A model generated the notes under the pieces. That model ran no database searches. It had not been told where the DNA came from and saw only the letters and a list, made by a program, of their open reading frames with translations. The position numbers and the translations under genes are program-made. A stretch of 64,000 nucleotides of DNA from NCBI RefSeq assembly GCF_009914755.1, contig NC_060940.1. One strand, 5' to 3'. The DNA is from the human T2T-CHM13v2.0 reference genome, Homo sapiens. Below, one piece after another: positions 14,686-33,133 of the stretch; position 1 is the first letter of the stretch, and each line of letters opens with the position of its first letter.

Positions 14686-16693
14686 CATATTTCTTGGCAC
14701 TGACTGTATGCCAAGCACTGCACTAGGCATTCACCCTGGCCCTGTCTGAACTTAGTTAATAGTCACGTTCACCTGCCTTTTTTGTTTGTTTGTTTGTTTT
14801 TGTATTTTTAGTAGAGACGGGGTTTCTCACCATTTTGGCCACGCTGATCTCCAACTCCTGACCTCAGGCAATCCACCCACTTCGGCCTCCCAAAGTGCTG
14901 GGATTATAGGCGTGAGCCACCGCACCTGGCCACCAGTGGTTGTAAATGGTCCTGACCCTTCGTCCTTCTCCTGTTAGGAAGAGATAATGAATCATTGATT
15001 GTTTTTTGCATTCTGATACCAGGGAATTTGCCTGGCTCCTGAATCATCCAAGTTTCAGTCTTCATGTTCTCAAATACTGGCCACTTTGTCCCTAGTTTAG
15101 AAGCCAACCGCCTTTGTCTGACCTTGGGCAAGTCACTTAGGCTCACTGAATTTCCATCTCCTTTTTTAAAATTTTTTATTTATTTTTTATTGAGACAGAG
15201 TCTCACTCTGTCTTCCAGGCTGGAGTATAGTGGTGTGATCATGGCTTACTGTAGCCTCGAACTTCTGGTCTCAAGCAACACCTCCAGCCTCAGCCTCCTG
15301 AGTAGCTGGGACTACAGGTGCACACCAGCATACTCAGCTAATGTTTTATTTTATTTTTTGGAGAGACAGCATCTTTCACTGTGTTGCCCAGGCTGGTCTC
15401 AAACTCTTGGCCTCAAGCAGTCCTCCTGCCTTGGCCTCCTGAAGTGCTGGGATTACAGAAGTGAGCCACCATGCCCAGCTGCCATCTCCTCTTTTCTAAA
15501 ATGAGCAATGTCAGGCTCAGAGGTTTGTTATGAAGATTATCTGAGATGCTGTTTGAAGCTTTAGCACAGAGGGTGGCGCATAATGTTGTCAGTCTGTCTC
15601 AGCCTGGCCTTCCTGGGCTCTGCAGTGCTGCACTGTGCTTACAGAGCCTAGATTGGGTAACCTGTGTCTACCTCCAGGCTGGTGATGGAAAATCACAGTG
15701 CATGTTACTGAATAATAACCTCTCCCACTTTCCATCTTTCCATTGCATCCCCCTCTGTTGCCATGAGAATGAAATGTTAATTGCTACGTTCTACCCCCCT
15801 GAGTTTAAATAGTGTTAGGTCGTTCTTTTTTACCTACCTCGTAGCATTGTAGGAAGAAATAAATGAGGAAATAATACGAGAGGTGCTTAAAGCAGTGCCC
15901 AGCACCTGAGTGTTTAATGAATGTTCTCTGTTATTATTAGGTGTGGTTGAATCGTGTCCTCCCCTCCTGGGACAGACTGGCTGGAGCTCAGCTGTACTTC
16001 CTGGGAGAAGACAATTTCTGGGTTTAATCATCTGAATCTTGGTCTCTTTGCATATCTAAATGACTTTCTCTTTGATTATAGAGCCCAGACTCGGAAAAGA
16101 CTAAGAATGGCGGAGCATGGTGGCTGATGCTTATAATCCTAGCACTTCGGGAGGCCGAGGCGGGCAGATCACTTGAGGTCAGGAGTTCGAGACTAGCCTG
16201 GCCAACATGGTGAAACCCCATCTCTACTAAAAAATATAAATATTAGCTGGAAATCGCCTGAACCTGGGAAGCGGAAGTTGCAGTGAGCCGAGATCATGCC
16301 ATTGCACTCTAGCCTGGGCAATAGAGTGAGATTCCATCTCAAAAAAACAAAAGGCTAAGAAAAAGGTGGATTCCTTAAGGACTGAAGTGGAACAGTCTTG
16401 CCTGTTTCCTTTTATATCCCTGTGCCATACTGTCCCTAAGTCCTGTGTATTCCTTCTTTTGTCATTCCACTTTCATACCCATCTACCCCTCCCCCTTCTC
16501 TTCCCTCTCTGCCATCAGCCTGGATTTGACCACAGTATATCTTGCCTGATTTCCTGCAAATCTTTCTACCTGCCTCTTGCACATGATTGCTAGGTTCATA
16601 TTTCTTAAATCATTCCTTTAATCATGTCATAGTTCTGCTCAAATGACAGCAGTTTGTTCCCTGTTTTTTTTTTCCCAGATGAAATTTAAATGA

Positions 16694-17460
16694 GTGCTGT
16701 CTAGCAGAAATATTATGTGAGCCACATATATAATTTTAAGTTTTTTAATAATTACATTAAAAACAAAAAGAAATGAGATTAATTTTATTTATTTATTTAT
16801 CTTGAGATGGAGTCTCGCTCTGTCGCCCAGGCTGGAGTACAGTGGCGTGATCTCGGCTCACTGCAACCTCTGACTCCCGGGTTCAAGTGATTCTCCCGCC
16901 TCAGCCTCCCAAGTAGCTAGGATTACAGGCACGCACCACTCTGCCTGACTAATTTTTTTGTATTTTTACTAGAGACGGGGTTTCACCATGTTGACCAGGC
17001 TGGTCTTAAGCTCCAGATCTTAAGTAATCTGCCCACCTCAGCCTCCCAAAGTGCTGGGATTACAGGTGTGAGCCACCGTGCCCAGCCAGAGATTAATTTT
17101 AATAATATATTCTCAATTTAACACAATATATCCAAAACACTATAATTTCAACAGGTAATATAAAAAAGTATTAATGAGATATTTTGCATTTTTTTTTCTT
17201 ACACTTAAAGCACATCTCAATTCTGATGCCAAATTTTCATTGGAAATATTTAATCTCTATTCAGATTTTATAAAACTTACAATTCAGCGAAATAGATTCA
17301 CATACCCAACCTATTGGAAACATACTTAAAATTTTTCCAACAACTGAATCAAGTCTCAGCTTTAAAATTTAAATTAAATTAAATTGGAAATCCAGGCCAT
17401 CAGTCACAGGAGGAGCATTTCAAGTGCTGAATGGCGCAGGTGGCCTGTGATGGACAGCCC
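16694..17460. mobile_element. MER33/MER119-like hAT fossil split by antisense Alu (about 16785-17087)
   Basis: gtgctgtctagcagaaatattatgtgagccacat...gagattaatttt [Alu] gagattaattttaataat...catttcaagtgct...ggacagc. Confidence 0.6.
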
Positions 17461-17765
17461 GGGGATAAGCTAGCAAGCCCAGTGTCCTGGTGTCCCAGCC
17501 TCACAAGTTCCTTCCGCTGCACAGCCCTTCCCTCGCTGGCGCAGCATACTCACGGGTGTACTGCTGCCTCCCTTTCCTGGAGAGCCCATCTGCTCTCCCC
17601 ACTGTGGTTCTTTGGATTGTAAAGATCAGGTGACACAGGGAGCATCAAATAAGGATGCATGTGGATTCGAACTGGAAAGAAGTCAGGACCTGAGACAGCG
17701 CAAGGGACCAGCCCACATTCTGTGTGGTGACTCCCACGGCTCCTCCGCCTCTCTTTCTCTTTCAG

Positions 17766-17837
17766 CTGCCCCAACACAGCAGGATCTCACTGGACTCTGA
17801 TGATGGAGTGTCCAGGCTGGGCAGTGCTGGCTCCAAG
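17766..17837 (+). CDS. LDAF1: LDAF1 in-frame cassette exon (24 aa LPQHSRISLDSDDGVSRLGSAGSK)
   Basis: Strong polypyrimidine tract + CAG (17763-17765), 72 nt open frame, phase 0/0, donor AAG|GTGATT; inclusion gives 185 aa. Confidence 0.7.
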
Positions 17838-18616
17838 GTGATTCCTGCTACAGTCATCTCTGGCTAGAGAAGCGGAATAGCAAGCTCTTTGGTGGCTTTT
17901 GTCAGAATGGTGGGGTAGCAGGAGGCAGTGAGGTCAGCGGGCATTATGCCGTCCTGTGGCCTGGCAGGGAGTGAAATTGGCCATGCCTCGAGAGTAATCC
18001 TTAGGAGACCACGCTGAAGCCCAAGACCAATGGCTGTGGCTTCTTGGCATGGCCTCTTTTATTTAAGCAGGGTGCAGCTTGCACTTTAGTTCCTTCAGCA
18101 TGAACCACAAACCCCTCCTGCCTTCCAACTCGCCCTGAAAATCCCACTGTTTAAACCACTTGGGTAAACTCTTCTTCCTAGGAGGCACATGTGTTTTGGG
18201 GACCTGAATTATGTCTTCTTTTCATCTGTTGGCCTGCAAGGCCGTAGGGATGAGGCTCAGGAAGGACCAGTTATGATGGAAGGAGGTTCTGGAATAATGG
18301 TTCCTTTCAAGTGAACAGGATCTAGAATACCAGTACTGAGGAGAGAGAAGGCGTGGAGCCTAAGGAGGAGAGGGGGAAACCCATCTTTGCGGATTTGCCT
18401 ATGGCCAGCTCTGCGTTAAAGCAGTCTCCCTCCATTGAGTCAGATCGAAAATTCCTTTTTGCCCGGTGAAGGAAAATAAACTATTAACACAACATAAACT
18501 TGCATTAGTCACAGGCTGTGGCCAACTATGGTAACCAGGTTGATGACATAAAAGCATTTTTACTTGATGTGGTGGCAGCTGTTGCAAGCATTGGACATTC
18601 TGAGTCCAAGACCTTA

Positions 18617-20138
<1,522 letters not shown>

Positions 20139-20850
20139 CTTAGTTCATTGCTTCTCAAACTTTAATGTGTATGCACGACACCTGGGGAATCTTGTTTAAA
20201 AGGCAGTCTGATTCATCAGGGCCTGAGATTCTGCATTTCCTTTTTTTTTCCCCTTTTTCTGGAGACAAGATCTCCCTCTGTTGCCCAGGCTGGAATGCAG
20301 TGGTGCAATCCATAGTTCACTGCAACCTCAAACTCCTGGGCTCCAGTGATCCTCCCACCTCAGCCTCCCAAGTAGCTAGGACTGTGGGTATGTGCTGCTA
20401 TGCCAAGCTAGTTTTTAAATTTTTTGTAGAGATGGAATCTTGCTGTGTTGTCCAGGCTGGTCTCAAACTCCTGGCCTCAAGCAATCTTCCTGCCTCGACT
20501 TCCCATAATGCTGGGATTACAGATGTGAGCCACCACGCCCAGCCAGATTCTGTATTTCTAACAAACTCCTAGATGATCCAAGTAGCTAAGCCTATTTGTG
20601 TCTGAGTGGCTTCAACTATGAGAACCTCAGCTGTAAAGTAGGAGGCAGATGGTATGTACCTTACATCAATGCACCTTTATGCCGAAGAGGTCTTCTCAAG
20701 AGTGTGTTTGGCAGGAGAGCCATGACTGGGTCTTTCCTCCTTTCACAAGGCTTGACCTTGGGTGGGGACCTCAGACTTGCCACCTCTCCACAGCTGCCTA
20801 AGATAGCTGCCTGGGTGACTCATGTCTTGGGAGAAGTCTTGTTGTAGTGA

Positions 20851-21117
<267 letters not shown>

Positions 21118-21373
21118 TAGTAGAGACGGGGGTTTCATCATGTTGGTCAGGCTGGTCTCAAGCTCCCAACCTCAGGTGATCCGCTCGCCTTGGCCTCCCA
21201 AAGTGTTGGGATTACAGACATGAGCCACTGCACCCGGCCTGTAGTGACTTGTTAATGCATAAGCCTTCTGGCTTTACGACTTCTGCCTTGTAATTCCCAC
21301 AGCTTGGGCAGATTCATTCAACCTGGGGTTCCGATGTGTTACTTATCCCTGGCTCTTTGTCCTTTGCCTACAG

Positions 21374-21542
21374 GTGGTGGCCTTTATGAAGTCTCCAGTG
21401 GGTCAGTACTTGGACAGCCATCCGTTTCTGGCCTTCACCTTGCTGGTGTTCATTGTCATGTCGGCCGTTCCTGTTGGATTCTTCCTGCTCATCGTGGTGC
21501 TTACCACCCTGGCTGCTCTGCTGGGGGTCATAATATTGGAAG
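21374..21542 (+). CDS. LDAF1: LDAF1 coding exon 2 (first hydrophobic hairpin)
   Basis: CAG|GTG acceptor; [57 protein letters not shown]; donor G|GTAGCC, phase 1. Confidence 0.95.
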
Positions 21543-22695
21543 GTAGCCTGTTCCGTCATTCACCCCTTTAGAAAATAATTCAATTGGGAGAAAAATACTT
21601 TTGGGGCCATTTAAAAATTTTTTTAAGGGGCGGGGTCTTGTTATGTTGCCCAGGCTGGTCTCAAACTCCTGGGCTCAAGTGATCCTCCCACGTCGGCCTG
21701 CCAAAGTGCTGGGATTATGGCCATGGGCTACCATGCCTGGTTGTCTGCCATTCTTGTCAAAATCACATCAAGCAAGGCAACTTATCAGAGTAGGTAAAAC
21801 ATAGACTCTGGAGCCTGCATTCAAATCCCACCTCCACCACTGTGATTTGGGGCAAGTGGTTTACCTCTCTGAGCCTTAAATTCTTAATATGTAAAATGCA
21901 GATATAATAATACAATCTCAAAAGGTTGTTGTGAAGATTGAAACTTATGGCTCCATAAAGTCCTTAGCACAATACACAATACATGTCACAGAGTAGCTTC
22001 TCAATGAATGCTAGCTATTATTATTAAGCAGAGAGGCCATTCATTCCACAGTGAGTTATTGGGCACCTACTGCATGCCAGATGCCTCGCTAGGTACTGGA
22101 GACCACCTTCATCCTTCCTCCTGAAGTTCCACTACCAACAGTCAACTTCTCCCTGTATTCCTAAGTTAAAATTACTGGGAAAGCAAATCTGATTTGCTCA
22201 CTTTGACTTTTCAAATCAGATCACACACCCCAGGCAAGTGGCCAAAGAGATGGTGGCCAGTGGGTCAGGTGATCACTTCTGGTCCATTCCGTGGCTTCCC
22301 AGAGCTAAGAGCACCCAGGGCTGTTTATTTGCCCCAGGGACAAGGCAGTTTACACTTGAAGGAGAAAGTAGGCATGGTCAGTGGATGAGCCAAATACAGC
22401 CTGGCAGAGTGGTTTTTGAGTAAATGTTGATAGATAGATGGGTGAATGCATGAATGAATGGATGGAGGAATGAATGAGTACCATAAGAAAGGAAATTTAT
22501 AGAGAAAGGAGAGAGCCATTACATTTTGGTGGTACCATGCAAAGCTTTACAGCAGACAAGACTTTAAGGATGCATAACAACTTTGCCTCAGGGTGGGCAA
22601 GGAAGGGCCTTTTGGACAGGGGAACAGCATGTGCAAAGCCTCTAGAATAGTGGTTCTTGAACCTGAGTGTATTTAAATCTTTTTTTTTTTTCTAG

Positions 22696-22893
<198 letters not shown>

Positions 22894-23237
22894 TGAGCTC
22901 CCGACCTCAAGTGATCTGCCCACCTTGGCCTCCCAAAGTGCTGGGATTACAGGTGTGAGCCACTGCACCCAGCTCCAAGTGTGTATAAATCTTACTTCCT
23001 TTATCAAAATACAGACTTTGGATCTTTTGAGACCAGGAGTTCAAGACCACTCTGGGCAACATAGCGAGATTCCCTCCATCTCTTTAAAAAAAAAAAAAAA
23101 GAGGCCGGACACAGTGGCTCATGCCTGTAATCCCAACACTGGGAGGCTGAGGAGGGCAGATCACTGGAGGTCAGGAGTTCGCGACCAGCCTGGCCAACAT
23201 GGTGAAACCCCATCTCTACTAAAAATACAAAAAATTA

Positions 23238-23563
<326 letters not shown>

Positions 23564-24948
23564 TTAAAAAAAGAAAAAAGAGAAAGAAAATGCAGACTTC
23601 CAGGCCTCATCCAGAGAGTGTTGTTTTAGTAGGTCTGGAGTGGGGTTTAGAAATCTGAATTTTTCACGAGCTTCCTTGATGCACCTGATTCTGATGCAGG
23701 TGGTTGGCACCACACTTTGAAAAACGCTGATCTAAAATTTTGCGAATCTTTATGAACAGGCAGCACACCTGTTGATGTTCTCTTCCTTCCAGCCTTTTCA
23801 GGGTCCCTCCCTGAAACCATCACTGTGGCTGTGGGAGGAGCACTGGGCTAACTGGCCACTCACAAAGCAAAGGGAAGGATGTCAGCCATACAGTACTTGC
23901 CATGTTACTTGTTCTTCATGATCTTTTCCTTCTACCTTTTATTCTTTTCCCCCCCACAGGCCCCACATTATGAAAAAATGTATTTTCCTTGCACATATTA
24001 GATGGTAATTCATTAATATTCCTATTCAGAGTGGGAATGGTATATTAAAATGGCATATAAAATGCTCCATAAAAATGACCAATCAGACCTTAAGATTAAA
24101 ATGTGATGGTTTACAGGCTGGATTTTCAAGGATGCCATCAAAAGCTGCATTTAGATTTTGCTTTAGCCTGCATGACCTTTATACCTATAGCTTGTAGGTA
24201 AGAGTAAATAATGGCATTTATTATGCACTTTGAGACATTAGAGATAATTTACCTCCCCCAGTACTGCCTTGGCTGACTCCTCGAGGGGATCCCTTTGGAA
24301 GTCCATCTCTGACCTTGAGGGTAAGGGAATCTCAAACTCCAGCACTTATGGGCAAGACAAAATGAGCAGGCTGGTTGTGGTGGCTCACGCCTGTAATCGC
24401 AGCACCTTGGGAGGCCAAGGCAGGTGGATCACTTGAGGTCAGGAGTTCAAGACCAGCCTGGCCAACATAGTGAAACCCCATCTCCTCTAAAAATATAAAA
24501 ATTAGCTGGGCGTAGTGGCAGGCACCTGTAATCTCAGCTCGTCAGGAGGCTGAAGCCGGGAATCACTTGAACCTGGGAGGCGGAGGTTGCAGTGAGCTGA
24601 GATTGCGCCACTGCACTCCAGCCTGGGAGGCAGAGCAAGACTCTGTCTCAAAAAAGAAAAAAAAAAAGACAAAATGAGCAAAGCAGCCCATGTGTGATGC
24701 AGTTTGGGAATTGGGGGGACTGGAGGCAACGGGAGGGCCAGCCAGTTGTTGCCATGGTTTGATGCCCACTCAGGTACCCATATCGCCTCCTTTTTTTAAG
24801 TGATGCTAGAAATCTGGGTTTTTGTGGGAAATCTTCTTACTTTAATAATCTGAGTTAGCGGTTGTTATTTTAAACAGACTGACCCAGGGTCTGCCAGTTT
24901 TCAACCTGTTTGAGATGAACCCTTCTCCTAACCACGTTCTCCTCCTAG

Positions 24949-25087
24949 GATTGGTCATCTCTGTGGGTGGCTTCTCACTGCTCTGCATCCTCTGTGGTTT
25001 GGGCTTCGTATCACTCGCCATGTCGGGGATGATGATAGCATCTTATGTAGTGGTCTCCAGCCTCATCAGCTGCTGGTTTTCTCCCAG
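24949..25087 (+). CDS. LDAF1: LDAF1 coding exon 3 (second hydrophobic hairpin)
   Basis: TAG acceptor; (G)[46 protein letters not shown]; donor AG|GTAAAT, phase 2. Confidence 0.95.
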
Positions 25088-25110
25088 GTAAATACATGTC
25101 CATGAAATAA

Positions 25111-25317
<207 letters not shown>

Positions 25318-26369
25318 TAGAGACAGGGTCTTGCTATGTTGCCCAGGCTGTTCTCTAATTCCTGGGCTCAAGCAATCCTCCTGCCTCCACCTCCCAAAGT
25401 GCAGGGACTACAGGCATGAGCCACCACACCTTGCTGAGTAATTTAATCTTTGCCACTTGAGGGGATTTTCACAAATAAAACCATAATCCTAGTTGATGTC
25501 CAGAAGGAAACTTGTAAGACCCAGGTGTTTCTCATAGTTCCCCATGTATGCCAGGCATCAGGTGGGAATTTACCATGGAATTTTAAACAAAGCAATTGCT
25601 GTCATTTTCCATCACGTATACACATTTCATTGTCATAGCAACTCTATCAGTATTATTGATTCCTTTTAAAAGATGTCCATTTAATTTACAAATGTCAAAT
25701 TAGGTGGTTTTCTTTGGCGGGGTGGGGCAGAGAGGCACAGGAGAAAAATGACCCACGAGACATGTCTGTCACCCAAAGCGGTACAGTATGGGAGCCGTGA
25801 ATCTTCTGTCCCCAAAGTCTGTCAATCCCCTCTGCTCTTGAGAATGTGAGTTTCTCACCAACTGAGTGTGAGCCTCATGTTTGAATATATAGATTTTTGT
25901 TCCTACAATATGGCTCTTCAATGCCAGCTACTTCATCTGGGGCCTTGAGTGAAAGAACAGCGATCTACTTAAATGCTGGAGGGAAAAGCCAGCTATGTTG
26001 GCATTACTGAGAGACTCTGTGTTTGTCTACAATGTGCCACCCACCTAAGGGATTTTCAAAGGAGATTTATTTTAATGCTTTATTTTTGTCCTTTGTGTTG
26101 ATTTTAGAATCTAAGTCCCAAGTTCATCATACTTCATTTAAGCTCCTGCTAAATTGATGATAGTGCTACTGAGCACTTGCTCTGTGCCAGGGACTCTCTT
26201 AAACACTTTCCAGGCCTTATGTCATGTAATCCTTAACAATTTAGCCCCTTTCTATTATAAGGAAAATTAAGCCAAGTCCCTTAAGCTGAGAGTAGCACAG
26301 AAGGGACTTAATTCCAGGTGAGTTAATTCCAAAGCCCTCTTAATCAAGATACAAAGTGACTCTCTAAAA

Positions 26370-26620
26370 CAGGAGTTGGCAATTTCTGGAAAGGGCCAGA
26401 CAGGAAGTATTTAGTAAGTAATATAGTCTCTACTGGAATTTCTGGAAAGGGCCAGATAGTAAGTATTTAGTAAATAATATAGTCTCTACTGCAGTTAGTC
26501 AACTCTGTTGCCGTAGCATGAAGGCAGCACAGACCAGGAAGTAAATGCATGGGCATGGCTGTGTTCCAGTAAAACTTTATTTACAAAGACAGGCAGCTTG
26601 CTGGATTTGGCCAACCATTG
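26370..26620. mobile_element. MER58A with internal 56-bp tandem duplication
   Basis: caggagttggcaa..aagggccaga..gtaaatgcatgggcatggctgtgttccagtaaaactttatttac; duplicated unit 26381-26435 / 26437-26491. Confidence 0.7.
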
Positions 26621-27231
26621 CTCTATAAGAACTGATATCCTGAGTTTTGTTTTTCTACAAAACAGCCCTTGAACTCCTTACCAAAAGTTTATCCTGTTAT
26701 TATTCCTATGTTGAAAAATAAAGGGTGAAGTGGGTATAATATAAAATTGCTCAAGGATGGCTCTTATAGGATTGCTTAATTGAATCAACCCTGGAGTCAT
26801 AATCACCTTTTCAAAAATCGCTTTGATCACTCTTAGTCTTTTGTTTGTTCATTTGTATTTTACTTATAAAATGGGGTCTTGCTGTGTTGCCCAGGCCATT
26901 CTCAAACTCCTGGCTTCAAGCAATCCTCCCCCGTTGGCCTCTCAATGAACTGGAATTATAGGCGTAAGGCACTAACTCACTCCCAGTCTTAAAAGATGTA
27001 AAAGGAGAAATATTGGCCTATTTTGCATATTGAGGGTGATGCTTCTGAAATAAAATTCCTCCCTGCCTCTGAACGCTGCTGTAACAGGGTGAGTTCTTAA
27101 AGATTATACCACAGGAAGTAGCAGAATCTGACTCCCTACTTATCAATGAAGAAATTGAAAAACAAATCCAGGATTTGTACTTGATCTCCTTATCTTCCCC
27201 TATTGCTGCCAACCAATTGTTTCCACGTGGG

Positions 27232-28545
<1,314 letters not shown>

Positions 28546-28551
28546 CATTAG

Positions 28552-28875
<324 letters not shown>

Positions 28876-30413
28876 TAACTCAAAAAAAGATAACTCCCTC
28901 ATTAAATGATCGAAAGCATGGAATGGGGGGAAGAGGAGCTATATAATTTATTTCATGATTTAATGGAATTTTGGCCCTAAAACATAAAAGATAATACAGC
29001 TTAAATTTTTAAAAAAGAAAAGAAAAAGGAAACAAAACTGTAAGTTTCCCTTACATATGAAACCCAACTAAACAATATTTAGATCAAATACACTGACCTG
29101 CCTCCTATGTAGATCAGCTAGCCTCTGAGGGGCAAAACCACACTGCTTGGTTATGGAGACTGCAAGACCTTCCAGGGCCTGCAGCTCAGGAGAAGTAGGG
29201 GCCCTGGGCAGCTGTGTTTATTTGCAGAGCCACCAAACTCACTACCCCATATCATAATCTTCCAAACCAGCCTGAGCATAACTAGCTTCCTTACATCTTT
29301 ACTAAGAAAAGGAAAGGCTTCTTTCTTAGTTTTTTGTTATCAGGGAGGAATGGTTTAGGTGGCAAATAATGAAAAAAACCAAAGTAGATACTAGTTTAAA
29401 CACACAGGGAACTTTTTTTTATTGCTTAATGAAAAACTGGAGACAGCCCAGGGCTGGTGCAGCCAGTGTGGTATCAACATACCAGGCACCTTTTGCCTTC
29501 CTGTGTTGCTATCCTTAGCCCATTGGTTTCCTACCTTATGGCCACAAGATAGCTGCTGCAGCTCCAGGTCTACCAGCTACCTTCAAGGCAGCAGAAAAGG
29601 AGAAAAAAATGGAGTCTGACCCTTTTAAAAATGTGAATAAAATATTTCCCAGGACCTCTCACCACTATACTTCAAAAGACTTCATTGACTAGAACTTTGT
29701 CAGATGGCCGCTGGTTGCTGTTCTCCTGATTGTAGGTCTCACGAGATCTGATGGTTTTATAAAGGGCATTTCCCCTGCACATGCTCTCTTGCCTGCCGCC
29801 ATGTAAGAAGTGCCTCTGATCTTCCTTTGCCTTCCACCATGATTGTGAGGCCTCCCCAGCCATGTGGAATTGTGAGTCCATGAAACCTCTTTTTCTTTAT
29901 AAATTACCCAGTCTCAGGTCTTTATTAGCAACATAAGAACGGACTAATACAATCCTCCCCCGAACTCCTTTCCATGGAAGGTGTCAAGAAACTAATTGAA
30001 ATCAGAAGATATGGTCTGAATCCCCGCCCTGCCATGTTTTCAGCTGTGTGGTCTTGAACGGGCTGCTTGACTTCTCTGATTTCAGTTTTTGTCCATTGGT
30101 AAAATAGACAAAATGGCTACTCTTAATCTACCATTCTCACTGGGTTGTTGTGAGGACACAGATAATTAAGAAAAACATAATAAATATCCAAATTAGAAAA
30201 TGGAAAAGGGGCCGTAACCCTACTCCTAACCTGGTCATTTTAACCTCCTGTGCCCTCAGTTTCTTCATCTGTATAATGGACATAGGCCTGGTGTGGTTGC
30301 AAGAAGCAGCTAAAAATCAGGAAAAAGAACATCATGTATTCAGCTATGCACACTTCCAACGTTGCTCTTTACTGAGGCCCTAGAGCTAACGATCTCTTCT
30401 TGTTATCCGACAG

Positions 30414-30495
30414 GCCACTGACACAGCAAAACACCAGTTGTGACTTTCTGCCAGCCATGAAGTCTGCAGACTTCGAGGGGCTTTACCAGGAATGA
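30414..30495 (+). CDS. LDAF1: LDAF1 last coding exon
   Basis: CAG acceptor; (R)PLTQQNTSCDFLPAMKSADFEGLYQE-TGA; the four coding exons total 161 aa. Confidence 0.95.
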
Positions 30496-31154
30496 GTGAC
30501 TGCTCAGAGGCCGGGCTTCTTTTCAAGTACTGCTGGATCATACTCACCCCTTGGGATTATGGCTTAGAAGAAGGGGGCTGGGTAGGCAAGCACTCCTTGG
30601 CTGTGTCCTCTCGCTTTTTCACTTACTTGTAGGATCCCGCAGCAGCCAATTTAGGGATTGTGTTGTTCTTGTGTTGGTTCCCATGTAAAGAAGCAGCAGA
30701 GAAATGCGATGGTTCAACAGCTCGCCCTGCCCCAAGTATGCAGACTTGACCTTGGCGGGGTCCTGGGCTTCTAGAGTCTAGCCCGTTGACCCCAAAGCCT
30801 CAGGGCTTATGTCCAACGGTCCCATTGGGAGCAACAGTGATTGTTTATAGTTTTTTGTTTTCAGAAATGAGGGCAGCTGTTAATTTTTTCACTCATGTGA
30901 AACAAAATGAAAAAAAAAATCCAAAACAGAACAAGCCCTTCTGTGGTATTTGCTTTTTATCAGAAAGAACAGCAACATTTGGCCTCTCCAAGTTGGAAAA
31001 TAGAGTCCAAATGTAACTTTGTGGCCAAGAGTATTTTCAAAAAAGTCTAAAGGTGTAGTTTCCACTGTAACTGTTGAGTACTGTTAAGTACTGTTAATCT
31101 TTTACATATTTGCACTTGGTACTGTTGTATTGTTCTAAAGAGCTTGTCCTTTAA

Positions 31155-31529
<375 letters not shown>

Positions 31530-33133
31530 ACTTCCTATGGGATTTCCCAGTGGAATTACTGAGTGGTTTATTTGCGTGGCATTTCATTAAATATTTATTT
31601 GGGTGGGCTTTTTTTCTTTACTCTTTTTCCCTTCTGCTCCATACATCAGACCTGCCTATTCCTCTGTCGATTTCATGACTGGTGCTGGGTAATAGGGATT
31701 TTTTTAGTTGCTCGCGATAGACACCCAATTCCACATTACTTTAAAAAGAGGGGTGGTAGGGAGAAGGATTAGTTTCACTCAACCAAAAAGCCAAGGGGTA
31801 GATCTTGAGGTGCTGCTGATTCCAGGGGCTCAGGTGGTGTCATTAAGCATCTCTCACCCCTCATCTCTCAGTATAGCTTTCCTCAGTGTGAGCTGCTTTT
31901 GCAGGCAGGCCCGCCACCCCTTTCGGAGGTCCCAGGAGCTCCATCCTGGGCAAGAAAACTGCTTTTTTCCAACAGTATATACAAATATTCTGGGTTTGGC
32001 TCTGATTGGATAGACTTGGGTCATGTGAGCGACCCCAGACCAATCATGGTGGCTAGGAGGATGGGATATGCAGATGGGACAGGGCTGGGATGGTGGCCAT
32101 TCAAGAAACAGGGGAGGCGATAGATCAGCCCACTATTAATATAACTATTAATATTAACAGTTACTGTTTATTGGATGTTTCCTTCATTCATACAACTGTC
32201 TGATATTATCTCTCTATGCTATCTACCCAGCTGGGTTCTGCAGCTTTAATAATGAAGAATGCAATGGTCTCCCTTCTGAAGTTTTCTTTCTAATGCAAGA
32301 GTGAGTGAGCAAGCATATCTGTTGCTATGTAACAGTTTACCAGCAACTATTGGCTTAAAAGAACAGGCATTTCTTATCTCACATTCTTCATGTGTTAGGG
32401 GTCCAGGCATGGCTTGGCTAGATCTTTTGTAAGCCTGTGATCACAGTGTCATCAGGGCTGTGTTCTCATTTGGGGTCTGACTGGGGAAGGACCACATTCC
32501 AAGCTCACATGGTTGTTGGCAGCATCCAGCTGGCAACACGACTTAAGCCCTCCATTCCTTGCTGCATATTCCCCTCCCCATGACAGTTCAGTGTGGTCAA
32601 TGGCTTCTTCAAAGCCATCAAGGGAGAGCCTCTCAGCAAGATAGACGTTACATTCTTAGGGAACGTAATCATGCATGCACAATCATGAACACTGGATCAC
32701 TTTATCTGTGTTCTGCTGGTTAGAAACGAGTCCCAGAAACCACCACCCACTCTCATGAGGAGGGGATCACCCAAGGGCAGGTAAACCACAGAGGGGACCA
32801 TGGGCTCTGCCTTAAGAGTCCTTACTAGGGTCCTTAGTAGTCCACCTTGCTACAACAAGTAAACAAAATATTAGACCAACTCCGCTGAAGATAAGTAAAA
32901 GGGTGGTAAGTAATTGGGAGAGCATGCTTTAGCCACAGCAATCAGAGATTTCTTCTATTTGAACCAAAACATGAGTTGTCACCATGCCAAGCACACAGGG
33001 AGGGTGTTCCTAGCAGAGGGCACAGTATCCCAAAGGCCCAGAGATGGGAAGAAGCTTAATGTGTTTAAGGGAAAAAAATGATGTCAGCATGGCTGGGCCT
33101 CATCATGCAGGACCTCATGGAGTGAGTTTACAC

